From assembly GCA_951406725.2 (NCBI GenBank), contig OX597819.1:28458001-28522000 (forward strand): a DNA stretch of 64,000 bases, written 5' to 3'. Under the pieces are notes generated by a model. It made no database searches. It saw only the letters and a program-made list of their open reading frames with translations, and was not told where the DNA came from. This stretch comes from Octopus vulgaris. Taxonomy: Eukaryota. Made by a program: the position numbers and the translations under genes. Below, in pieces: positions 50,492 to 62,553 of the stretch. Numbering within the stretch: the stretch's first letter is position 1; each line of letters opens with the position of its first letter.

Positions 50492-50937
50492 AACAACAAA
50501 CAAGATGAAGACAAATATCTGTCAAATGTAAATAATATCTATCTCTTGTGTTTCCTTTCAGACTATTACAGTGTACACTGTCAGTGCTTTCTCTGACCAA
50601 CACTGTCAGTTATAGTGCCCCTACTCAAGGGTCAGTTGTATTTTCCATAATCTTTCTGTACATTGAATTTTTAGGTTTACATAGCCTAAACATCTCATGC
50701 CAGACCAGCATTGCTTCTATGATAAGGGCTTCAAAACTAGTCTCCCGTGGGGACGTCACATTTTGGTGACTGTTGTTTTTGCCTCTCCTAAAAAACAATA
50801 TGATCTGAACTGTGTTGATATATATTTCTGAATATGAAAGGTGATGCATTAAAGCATGGAGAAAATATTTGCTCTTTAACTGGTTATATAATAAATATTT
50901 TATGTGTCTAATTTTCTTTTTTTTTTTTTAATACTAG

Positions 50938-51053
50938 TAAAGAAAACACTGTACTGAGGTCTTCTGTCAAGCCAGAAATGGTGTCTGTCATCCCAAATGC
51001 TGTTGATTGTACCAAGTTCATTCCAGATCCATCAAAACAAGATACGTCAAAGA
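50938..51053 (+). CDS. PIGA: PIGA exon
   Basis: actag|[31 protein letters not shown]...|gtaagt. Confidence 0.96.
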
Positions 51054-51109
51054 GTAAGTATTTACTGTATAACGGTAATTATTGACAAACTTGAAATAAG
51101 AGAGTATAA

Positions 51110-51484
51110 TCTTCCTCCTCCTCTTCTAGTCATCTCCTTCTCCTTCCCTTTAATCATCTCATTCTCCTCCCCACTAATCATCTCCTCCTCCCCTCTAATC
51201 ATCTCCTTCCCTCTATCATCTCCTCCTCCCCTCTATCATCTCCTCCTCCCCTCTAATCATCTCCCTTCTTCCTTTTCCTCCCCTCCTCTTCCTCTCCTCC
51301 CTCCCTCCCTCTCCTCCCTGCCCACTCCACTCCTCTTGCTCCCCTCTACCCCACTCTACTCATCTTCTCACCACCACTCTCTCCCCCTCCACTCTACATT
51401 CCAAGGCCTCTCACCACTCCTCCTCACCTCTCCTACTCATCCCCATCTCTTTCCGCTCCTCCCCTCCTCCACACCCTTCTCTCC
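51110..51484. repeat. C/T-rich low-complexity tract
   Basis: About 370 nt dominated by CTC/CCT with repeated atcatctcc units. Confidence 0.85.
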
Positions 51485-52011
51485 TTGTACCAAGTTTGCT
51501 CCAGATCCATCTAAATGAGATACTACCTCCCATCCTCATCCTATTCCTCATTATTAATCCCACAAAATTTCATAAAGTCTTATAACAAATTATAAAACCT
51601 TGAAAAAAAACCTAATAAAGCCTTAAAAGAAAAACTTATAAGAAAGCTTTATAACAGGTGTGGGGGGAAACTTCTTAGTGCGGTGGGCAAAAATTTCCAA
51701 ATTAAAAGGTCTGCAGGTGGATCACAAGTTCTAACTCTAATATCAGTGTCAATCTCGTATATATCTATGTATAATTTAATATACATCATCATCATCGTTT
51801 AACATCCGCTTTCCATGCTAGCATGGGTTGGACGATTTGACTGAGGACTGGCAAACCAGATGGCTGCATCAGACTCCAATCTGATCTGGCAGAGTTTCTA
51901 CAGCTGGATGCCCTTCCTAATGCCAACCACTCCGAGAGTGTAGTGGGTGTTTTTACGTGCCACCGACACATTTATGGATATATACGTGTGTGTGTGTGTG
52001 TGCATGTGTGG

Positions 52012-52042
<31 letters not shown>

Positions 52043-52875
52043 TAATTAGGGCTCAGCCAACTGCTCCACCACACACCGAATCTAGAAATAGGAGCCAAAA
52101 TTCCTCTTCTGCTACTATAAGAATAGTATAATTTAATGTACATTAATAAAAATAAGTTTAAGACATTAAATTAGCATGTAACATCTTCATTAATGCTACC
52201 AGTGAATTTAGGATGTTTATATTACTTATGAAGTATTTTGTATTTTTCAGCTAGAGTATAGTTGGGTCTCAAGGGAGTGGTACAAATCTAGTAATATGTT
52301 TTATAGTGAAAACAAAATTTCCATTCAAATGATAATTACTGGACGATTTTCTTTTCGAGTCTAACTGTTTTAAGTCGTAGTTGAAATGCAAACTATGTCG
52401 CAAATAGGCATACAAATATTGTATAAATTTTATAATTGAAAAATTTACTATATTTTGTACATACGAGTATACCAGCCTGCGGGCACAATAAAATGGGCTC
52501 ACAGGTGCAATTGCACTTGCGGGTTGTGGTTTTCTCACCCCTGCTTTATAACAAGGTCTTATGACAAAGACTTATAAATAAGCATTATAACAAAACCTTA
52601 TGATAAAGCCTTTTAAGCCAAACATTATGCTGATAGTAGCATTATAATAAAGTCTTTAGGTTATATATTTAGTTCGGCATCTTAATCACTCAATCACTTT
52701 ATTTGTGTAAAATGTATCAAGGATCTTTGGTGGCTAATGAAGCATTTGTATCTGTCAATTAAAGAAATTAGAGCAGTTGTAGATTTATGTATTTTTATCA
52801 TTCTACTAAAAAATATTTATTGAAATTTTGTTGTTTCCTGTAAATTGACACTGAATCAGTTTCCATTACTTTCAG

Positions 52876-52983
52876 TTACCATTGTAGTAATATGCAGGCT
52901 AGTTTATAGAAAAGGAATGGATCTTTTGGCTGGAATTATCCCAGATATATGTAAGCGCTATCCTAATATTCAATTCATTATTG
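52876..52983 (+). CDS. PIGA: PIGA exon
   Basis: ttcag|[36 protein letters not shown]|gtaagt. Confidence 0.96.
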
Positions 52984-53806
52984 GTAAGTAGCATTATTCA
53001 TCATCATTTAGTAGCATTATTCATGATGATGCTTTCTATGCTTGCATGGTTTAGACAGTTTGATTGAAACTGGTAAGCTGGAGAGCTACACCAGGCTCCA
53101 GTCTGATCTGGCATGGTTTCTACAGTTGGATGCCCTTCCTAATGCCAACCATTCCAAGAGTATGCTTTTTTATGTACCACTGGCATGGGTACCAGCTACT
53201 GAACACTGGTATTGGCCACAACTGTGGTTTCGCTTGGCTTGGCAAGTCTTCACAGGCATGGCATTTCACCAAAGGTCTCGGTCACTTATCCCCTATGTGA
53301 GGTCCAATGTTTGAAGGGTGCTTTTTATGTGCCAGTGGCATGGGTGCCTGCTATGTGACACCAGCATCAGCCACAATTATAGTTTCACTTGGCTTGACAG
53401 GTCAATAATAAATCTGTTCTAAAAGGCTGCAAGCTGGCAGAATCATAAGCATGACTTTACCTTTCGTCCTTTCAGTCTCAATAAAATAAGTACCAGTTGA
53501 GTACTGGGGTTGATGTAATCAACTTAACCACTTCTCCAAAGCTGCTGGCCTTGTGCCAAAATGTGAAACCAACATTGAATATGTCAGTAGCTTTCATAAA
53601 CAAAATCACTCAGATTCATTTATGTTTTCTGATTTAATATTATTGTGAAATTTTGTAAAATAATTATCTGCATATTTTTTTCTGTAAATTAACCGTACTT
53701 TTTATGAATGAAATTCTTTTTGTTCTTAGATTAATTGCTGTTGAGTAGTTCAGATTAATTCAGTTTGACATATTAGTAACCTCTATTAATTAAAAATTCG
53801 TAAAAT

Positions 53807-54205
53807 AGGCGCAGGAGTGGCTGTGTGGTAAGTAGCTTGCTTACCAACCACATGGTTCCGGGTTCAGTCCCACTGCGTGGCACCTTGGGCAGGTGTCTTC
53901 TACTATAGCCTCGGGGTGACCAATGCCTTGTGAGTGGATTTGGTAGGCGGAAACTGAAAGAAGCCCGTCGTATATATGTATGTGTGTGTGTGTTTGTGTG
54001 TCTGTGTTTGTCAGCATTGCTTGACAACCAATGCTGGTGTGTTTATGTCCCCGTCACTTAGCGGTTCGGCAAAAGAGACCGATACAATAAGTACTGGGCT
54101 TACAAAGAATAAGTCCCGGGGTCGAGTTGCTCAACTAAAGGCGGTGCTCCAGCATGGCCGCAGTCAAATGATTAAAACAAGTAAAATAGTAAAAGAGTAA
54201 GAGTA
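53807..54205 (+). mobile_element. SINE family A (tRNA-like head, internal TA/TG microsatellite); other copies at about 320-487(-), 1390-1795(-), 11655-12090(-), 30550-30925(-), 31925-32330(+), 37200-37632(+), 38001-38400(+)
   Basis: Box A/B-like tggctgtgtggtaag...gggttcagtccc, then ccttgggcaagtg, and a gactgaaacaagtaaaagag tail. Confidence 0.9.
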
Positions 54206-54371
54206 AACCTTAGATATATTAAAGATAAGCCTGTTCCAGAAGCTGAGTATGACAGTGCTGCAAACACTGCCATGAAGTGGTCGGTTATGTGAGGCAGAGT
54301 GTGGCAAGTAGAGCATATTGTATCCCTTTAGCTTTCCAAGTTGATGAAGCTGAATTTTATATATCACTTGA

Positions 54372-54406
<35 letters not shown>

Positions 54407-54819
54407 ATCCATCCATCCATCTGCACATACATTAATGAGATAAGGAAGAGCAGTGGTGTCTGTGATCTTTGCAGGCCATACCTATGAACTGGTGAGATTG
54501 ATGAAGTTGATGTCCAGTTTGATCATCAAGAGGTCAAAGTATACAGGAAAAATGTGGTTGGGAAAGGAACTGACTGGAGTGCTTGCAACACAGTGATCTC
54601 TGTCAAAGATACCCGAGAACAAGGTGGTGGTATAAAACTAGGTAGGGTGTTAGGCTCACAGTCCAAGTATCAAGTACTGGTGTTATTGAATTGGGCCAGG
54701 TTATGATGTTAAACTGGATGGTGTGAAACATTTTCATTTTTCCAGAATTAATTCCCCTGAGTTTTCAGGAATAAATTTTTGAAAATTTGCAATCAAAATA
54801 TCTATCTACACTCTCCAAA

Positions 54820-55226
54820 TAATTATAATAATAATAATGAAGTTATTGTATACAGTGCTCAGGTGCACCACAACTTGTCAGAAAGTGCATATAAAGTACA
54901 TGCAGTAATGTAAAATTGTCTGGAAAGCGAACAATGTATGAGTCAGATGCATGCTTGTGTGTGTGTATGGAGGGGAGAAAATCAGGTGTAGTGTTGGCGA
55001 ATCTCAGAAAGCATGGAAGTCTTGAAGGATGCAGTGCTCCGACAACTAACAACTGACGCCGGCAGTTTGTTCCATGCTTCAGCAACTCTCAGCGTGAAAA
55101 AATGTTTCCTGAAGTCATGGGAGCTGTGCTGTTTTCTGACTTTGTAAATATGTCCACGGGTGTTAGATGGGTGGAGTTTGAAAAGGTGCTCAGAGTTATT
55201 GTTTGTACGATGGTTGATAATTTTAT
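54820..55226 (-). mobile_element. CR1-like LINE 3' end, copy 1
   Basis: TRGHIYK...RKHFFTLRVAEAWNKLPASVV...FK is a typical CR1 ORF2 C-terminus; TTA-rich tail. Confidence 0.85.
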
Positions 55227-56126
55227 AATTAAACACAATCATTTGGTTAAATAAAAGTTTTTGAGAACATCTGAGTTTTGAATATCTTATTACTATTCGC
55301 ATTCTATATAGAATTTAAAATGCCTCCAATCTTGTATCACAGTCTTTGCTCATTAGTTTTCACTTAGAAATGGAGATCATAGTGCAAATAGCTTTTACCA
55401 TCTATAAGATCACTCATCTTGATCGACAAATCTTTCTAAAATCTCTCTCTCTAGCTCTGTCTGTCTGTCTCAATCAGAATTGTTTGTGATAAGACTAAAA
55501 ATGAAATGTTTAATGTCTTGTTATTAGGTCATTATAACTGAGTCATAGCCACTCAGTTTTAATCATTGATACTCAGTCTAAATCACTCAGTTCAAGTCAT
55601 AGGCATTCAGTTCACACCTTTCTTAGGTTCTCGGTGAAGGCATTCACATGAAGTCTTAAGTACACAATGAAAATCATGGTTATTCTATCCAAGTCTTAGT
55701 TTCTCATTCCAAGTCATAGATATTCATTTAAAATCATAAATATTCAATCAAAAATCACAGTAATTCTGTTCAGATCTTAGGTATTCAGCTCTAGTCACAG
55801 TTAACTTATTTTAAGACATATCTACTAAGTTTATGTTGTAAGTGCTCAGTTTGAATCATAGGTACTCAATCTAAGCCATTAGGTAGTCAGATGAAGTTGT
55901 AAGTACTCTACCCACTTCATCCAGATGTATCTAAACCCACGATTTTTCATTTAATCCCTGATGTCTAGTTCTGTTATTATCTTTCAGTCTATTTCAAAAG
56001 ATACAGAAATCACTAAACATGATGATAGTAAAATGAACATTTTAGTCTACACAAAATAATTATTAAGAAGATAAATTGATAAAAAGCTGCAATATATAAA
56101 ATCTGAGTTTCAATTTTAAAAACTAG

Positions 56127-56233
56127 GAGGTGAAGGTCCCAAGCGAATTGTTTTGGAAGAGGTTTGTGAAACACATCATCTTCAGGAAAGAGTTTCAATG
56201 TTAGGATCTCTGAAACACACTGAAATAAGGGAT
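56127..56233 (+). CDS. PIGA: PIGA exon
   Basis: actag|GGEGPKRIVLEEVCETHHLQERVSMLGSLKHTEIRD|gtaagt. Confidence 0.96.
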
Positions 56234-57469
56234 GTAAGTTCACTATTTTACTCACAGTTATTTTTTTTTTTAAAGTATCATCATTATTGTTGTTTTATGT
56301 CAGCTTTACATGCCTGCATGGGTTGGATGGATAGTCATGATCCTAGTTAGTTTTTATTTTGTTTTGCTTTCATAAATGGGTTGGAGGACCATGTCTTGTT
56401 TGTACATTGCCTTTTAGGTTTGGTTTATATCATTGGATATTTTTCCTGTCACCAACCCTTTTACAGGGTATATACTGTATTTTATTATGGCAACCAGTAT
56501 TAGGGTACACTCTAAGAATAAAGGTATCTGCTCAAGGCACCATGACTGAGGAACATACACATCTTAGCATAGTATTCTTTACTCCTACAGTGTACAAATC
56601 CTTTGTATTTTATAAAGCTTTATAACAAAACATTATGAAGCCTTATAACAAAGCCTTATAAAGCCTTATAACAAAACTTTATATTACAAGGCTTTGCTAA
56701 GGATTTATAAGGCTTTGTTATAATAAAGCCTTGTAATAAAGTTTTATTACAAAGATTTATGTTAAAGTATTATAATAAAACCTTATAGCAAAGCCTTGTA
56801 AGAAGTCAAGCCTTGCTCTTTTGTATTTTATTTGATAAACTGTAAATATTGTTTTATATAGTCTTTGTATTGAAGGTAAGAAATCTTTTGTTTGTTATTA
56901 TTTTTTTTTGCTTTGATTTAGCAGAAGGGTCTGTGTCCATGCCCTTTCAAGACGGATGAAATTAACAATGTTAATGTACATCTTGAATAGTTGCCAGTTA
57001 CTAGCTGCAGGGAAGGAATTCCATGAGAGGAAGGGTTGAGCATAGTGGTTAGTGTAGGGCAGTTGGACACTATATAGGTGACAAGAAGAGGAGAATGAGA
57101 AGTGCTTGAATGGAGGTGACATGGGGCTAACCAGTGTTGAGTGGTACAGGTTCATGTAGTGCCAGTAGAAAAGATGGTCATCATCATCATTGATTTTATG
57201 TCTGTTTTTTCCATGCTGGCATGAGTTGGATGAAAGTTATTGAGGCACTATTCTATGACTGGATTGTACATTTTCCTTCCAATGGTCTTCACATGTTGAG
57301 ACCAATGATACTGCCAAACTTAGAGGATATATTGTTTACTGGGGACGTGAACAAGCATCAAGGTTTTTACTCAAAGGAAGAAACATGGAAATAAACACAT
57401 GCATTTGTGTGCATATATATGCATGTACACACACACACATGCACTTGCACACATACACAGGTCGAAGTT

Positions 57470-57840
57470 CTGAAGGATGACCTCAGAATGCTGAACCTGT
57501 CAAATGAAATGACAAAGGACTGAGATACCTGACACTTTGCTCTATTCAAGAAGACTTGTCATCCACAGTGGAAGTGTTAAGGCTGCATCCCCTGGTGAAG
57601 AGGATTGGCCTGCAAGAGACCTGTGCTGATTCTATGTAAAGGCACTTGTGCCAGTGCAATATTAGAAGTACCTAACACACCATAAAAGAAGGGCATACAA
57701 CTGTAGAAACCAAGCCAAATCAGACGAACTTGGTGCAGTTCTTCGGTTTGCCAGCTCTGGTCAGACCAATCAAACCCATGCCAGCATGGAAAATGGATGT
57801 TAAAGGATGATGATAATGATGATAATGATGATGATGATAC
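57470..57840 (+). mobile_element. degenerate RTE 3' fragment
   Basis: Decayed DLRTL...RDLW segment, then aacccatgccagcatggaaa and a (GAT)n tail. Confidence 0.65.
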
Positions 57841-58620
57841 ACAAACGTTTATATGTATGACCAGCTGATATAGTTTCACTTTCAAGGATTTGGTCAGCTT
57901 GGAGCTTTATTAAAATGCACATGTCCAAGATGTCGCACAGTGGGATGCAACCTAAAACCAAATGATTATGAAGCAAACTTCTTAATCACACACCTATTAG
58001 ATTCCATACTCATTCTTAACCAGAAGATTCTCTATCCATCTTACTTTCCCAGTTTTTAACAGAATAATCAGAAGAAAGAATAGCAGCTATGATATTTTCT
58101 CAGGGCCTCTATGAGTTGTGGAAAGGAAAGGACAATGTTATTGTCAGACTGGTGACTTGGCTGAATGCCTACAGTAGAGTGGACTCTTCTAAAGGCTAGG
58201 CAGTGATTTTAAACTAGTCAATAAATTAAGTCTACCAGCCAAAAAATGGGAGCAAACTTTCAGACAGGTTTCTGCATTGTTTCTGTCTATTTAATTTTAC
58301 TCACAAAGTTTTAGTTGACCTGAAGCTATTATGGAAGACACTTACTGAAGTTGAGACCTGAAACGATGTGAAGTGAATTTCTTAACCACATACTCATTTC
58401 ATGCTTTCAATACTCAGTACTTGTTATAGACTCCCAGTCTTGGCTTTTCATCAACTACCTCTCCTCCAAATTATTGACAAGCTGTACATTTATAACTACA
58501 TTCACAGATCATTTGTAGCTATTTTTTAAAAATTTGATTTTAGTCACTTGCAACTACCTAAACATTATAAAAGAAAACAATATTTATCATGAAATTAAAT
58601 GATAATCATTTGACTTATAG

Positions 58621-58703
58621 GTTCTTGTTAAAGGAGACATTTTGTTAAACACTTCCCTAACTGAAGCTTTCTGCATAGCAATGGTTGAGGCTGCCTCATG
58701 TGG
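58621..58703 (+). CDS. PIGA: PIGA exon with GT4 EX7E motif
   Basis: tatag|VLVKGDILLNTSLTEAFCIAMVEAASCG|gtaagt. Confidence 0.96.
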
Positions 58704-59557
58704 GTAAGTTATATTTGATTTCACACCAGAAATTTTCTCTCTGAAATATGTGACTTGAGAACTTAGACACAAGTTGATCCCAGCATGGCCATAACTACGT
58801 GACTGAAATAGATGAAGAGATGAAAGAAGAGTTATATTTCTGCTGAGTATGTTTAATTGTTAGTTGCTTGTGAAAGTATTACTCGCCATTCATTGATGCT
58901 ACATCATCTCAACTATAAAGTCCAGTGTTCTCAAATGGATATTTGATAATCAATCTTTATTCTTTCTCCATTTACTCTTGCTGTAAAAATAATTTGCATT
59001 GTTAACTCATAGCAATTTTTCACCTACCATTTTTCTTGTCTATATTAACTCCTTAACATTCAAACAGGCCTTATCCAGTCCAAATATTCCACTTGTTTTA
59101 TGTTCAAACTGGCCAGGTCCAGCCTCTCACACTTAGCAGACAATATCATTCTAAAAATAAACAATTACATCATCAAAATCTCAAAGCTGTGAGATAATGC
59201 AAGATTAATTCAAAACAATGTGAATAAATAAGCAATACATTTGACAAAGAAATCTGAATTCTAAAGGATTAAACAAAAGTTTGCTCTCCAGTTGCTTTCT
59301 AGACATTCTTGTACTTAATTTTTCTCTTAAGTTAACATTGCAAAACCTTACATTGAAAACCATCTCCCATCACTATTGGGTTGGTCCTTGACATTCACAG
59401 CTCATATTTCAGTGCCAAAGGGGATACCACAATACTTACATCTATGCCATATAATTTATCCTAGTGATAAATTCATTGCTGTCAATAGAAGTGACCTTTC
59501 TCTAAACTCAAGTTTAATACCATTAACCAGTTAGATGCCTCTTGGAGCTCACTCTGC

Positions 59558-59559
<2 letters not shown>

Positions 59560-59601
<42 letters not shown>

Positions 59602-59983
59602 AATTATTGTATACAGTGCTCAGATGCACCACAACTTGTCAGAAAGTGCATATAAAGCATATGCAGTAATGTACAAATGTCTGGGAAGTGAACAGTGTAG
59701 GAGTCAGATACATGCTTGTGTGTGTATGGAGGGGAGAAAATCAGGTGTAGTGTTGGCGAATCTCAGGAAGCATGGAAGTTTTGAAGGATGCAGTGCTCCG
59801 ACAACTAACAACTGATGCCGGCAGTTTGTTCCATGCTTCAGCAACTCTCAGCGTGAAAAATGTTTCCTGAAGTCATGGGAGCTGTGCTGTTTTCTGACTT
59901 TGTAAATATGTCCACGGGTGTTAGATGGGTGGAGTTTGAAAAGGTGCTCAGAGTTATTGTTTGTACGATGGTTGATAATTTTA
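59560..59983 (-). mobile_element. CR1-like LINE 3' end, copy 2
   Basis: Nearly identical to the copy at 54.8-55.2 kb; (TTA)n tail. Confidence 0.85.
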
Positions 59984-61794
59984 TGGGTGTCTGCCAAGTA
60001 TTGAAGCCAGATCTCCAATCAGGATAAGTTTCCTTTTCTCCTATCAATATCAGACCCCCTAAAAAATGTCATAGGTGTTATTTTTCACCCTCTGACGAAT
60101 TGACTAAGCCTTAAAAAAAACAAGACTTTTACTTTTTTTTAAACTCTAACTACTGTAATATCATTAAGTTTATCTTTGATATACATTATAACATTTTTTA
60201 ACTACTAAGTGAAGGCATGTAGCTTAGTTAAGGGTATTGGGCTCACACTCATTAAAACGTGGGTTCAATTTCTGAACTGGATGTTATGTTGTATCCTTGA
60301 GCATACTACTTCACTTCATGTTGCTCCACTTTGCTATTGACAGCTGACGGTTAATCCCACAATGGATTGGTGTCTTGTTTAAGGGCGGAGTCTTGTACAT
60401 CAGTTGCTTAAATATCTTAAAAACTAGGTTAGCTCCAACCTAATAAGCCTCTGAGTTAAAGACAAACAGTTTCACTTGTATCCACTGTTTGATCATTAGC
60501 TTTCATCATCATCATCGTTTAACGTCTGCTTTCCATGCTAGCATGGGTTGGACGGTTCAACTGGGGTCTGGGAAGCCCGAAGGCTGCACCAGGCCAGTCA
60601 GATCTGGCAGTGTTTCTACAGCTGGATGCCCTTCCTAACGCCAACCACTCCGTGAGTGTAGTGAGTGCTTTTTATGTGCCACCGACACAGGTGCCAGACG
60701 AGGCTGGCGAACGTACACGCTCGGATGGTGTTTTTTATGTGCCACCGACACAGGTGCCAGACGAGCTTTATCTTCAATATAAATTATATCACCTATTTTT
60801 TACTAGCTAACTGAATAGTCCTTGGCCTCAAGTTCATAACTGCTTATGTAAATCATTTACTCATGCTGTACATCTATTCCCTTTCTGTGTAATCAGTAAA
60901 TACAAGGCCACTATATAGTATCTACTGAATATTATTTTCTTGCAAAGTCCCACTTGTGGTTTTTTTTTCTTTTGATTCAGACTCACTATTGCAAGTTTTA
61001 ATCTTCTTTTGCAGTTCTTATGAGTACTCAGTCATTTTGCTACTGTGAAGGCCTAGACAGAAAAGCAAAGACCTAAAGGTAGAACCCTGATAGATATGTA
61101 CCTTTACACATGAATCTTCACAGAACTCACAGCTAACAGGATAAAGTCAATTGATCAACTTTTTGTTATCAAAAGTATCTATCAGCTTGTAGTTACTTCT
61201 CTTGACTGCAGGAATTACGACATTCTTGTATTTCTCAAGGACATAGTAGGCGTGGGCATGGCTGTGTGGTTAGGGAGCTTGCTTCCTAGCTATATTGTTT
61301 CGGGTTCAGTCCCACTGCGTGGCACTTTGGGTAGGTGTCTTCTGTCATAGCCCCGAGCCAACCGAAGCTTTATGATTGAATTCGGCAGGCGCAAGTTACT
61401 GCCGCGTGTGTATATGTGCATGTAGGTGCTTATGCCTCTCCGAAAGAGAGAGAGGGGGGATAGCAGTGTTAGAGAAATAGTTATACTGGAAATCAAACTT
61501 GTATTATTGATTCGTTTCATGGGAGTTTACGCATACAGTATGGCACTTCACAATTCTTATAAGGCATTTTTCTGCATCTAGCTTTTATATTAGTAATCGG
61601 ACTCAGCAAAAAATTAGTTCAATATAACCTGTCCTAAAGCCTTCCTCAAAAACTAAACTTGAACTTAGCCTGCCTTATTTGATCTAATTTCATCTTTCAT
61701 CTTTAAATCTAGCTTCTTTTCTGTAATTCATAATCCTTGTTTTGCAAGCTCTTATAATGACATTTGTATGTCGCTTTCTTTTCAATGCTAATAA

Positions 61795-62307
61795 TCTATA
61801 TATATAAAACTGTAGTTGTGTGAGTGTGTGTCCCCTTCGATTTAGATTCCTAACTACTCCCACATTTTGCGGTGCAGTTTAACCAAATTCGGGTATCTTA
61901 TAGTCGTGATTCATATCGAGCCCGTCTGAGTATTAGCGCGCGTCTACGATGAGTCTACGATTTTAAAAATAATTTAACATCATTTTTTATTCCATTTTAA
62001 TGCATAATTTTTCGTGTGTCGATGGCGGCGGAGTTGGCGTCCATGGTCACACCTGCACCTGTTTGCTTCTCCCCCTTCTTCCCTCCCTCGTGAAGCTGTG
62101 GGGAAGGGAGTGTAAGGAAATCAACGTCGTAAAGTGTTGTCAAGGAGACCAGCGTTCTTTTAGAACAACGACTTCATGGCTTGAAGACACCAAAACAGAA
62201 ATGGCTAAGAACGCCCGAATTGGCATCTATAAGGGAAGTAACTCTCTAAAAATGCTTATATAGTTATTTCCCTTACAAACCCGAGCAACACCGGGCGATA
62301 CTGCTAG
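61795..62307 (+). mobile_element. non-autonomous Helitron with an extra internal segment
   Basis: Same termini (A|TCTATATATATAAA...CTGCTAG|T). Confidence 0.88.
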
Positions 62308-62467
62308 TATAGTATATATTCCTTCATCTTAACACATTTGTCTTGCAATCCCAAATATTTCACTCTCCTCATTCTTGTAATAAGGATCCCTCTTCTTTCT
62401 GCTTCTCTCTTAATCTATTACAGTGATAGCTATCATTATCCATTATGTTTTCTACTTTCACTTTTAG

Positions 62468-62553
62468 ACTTCAGGTTGTGAGTACCAAAGTTGGTGGAGT
62501 TCCTGAAGTTCTTCCAGACGACCTTATTATACTGGCTGAACCTAATGTTCCAG
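62468..62553 (+). CDS. PIGA: PIGA exon (gene continues beyond the window)
   Basis: tttag|[28 protein letters not shown]|gtaaga. Confidence 0.96.

Larger units (their letters stand above)
49794..50536. mobile_element. non-autonomous Penelope-like element with inverted pseudo-LTR arms
   Basis: About 140-bp inverted arms at 49841-49982 and 50398-50536; 13-bp TSD ATCTATCTCTTGT. Confidence 0.8.

Noticed and set aside
50997-51518. 173-aa Pro/Ser/Leu-rich ORF
   Set aside because: It starts out of frame in a PIGA exon and stays open only because the C/T tract lacks stop codons.
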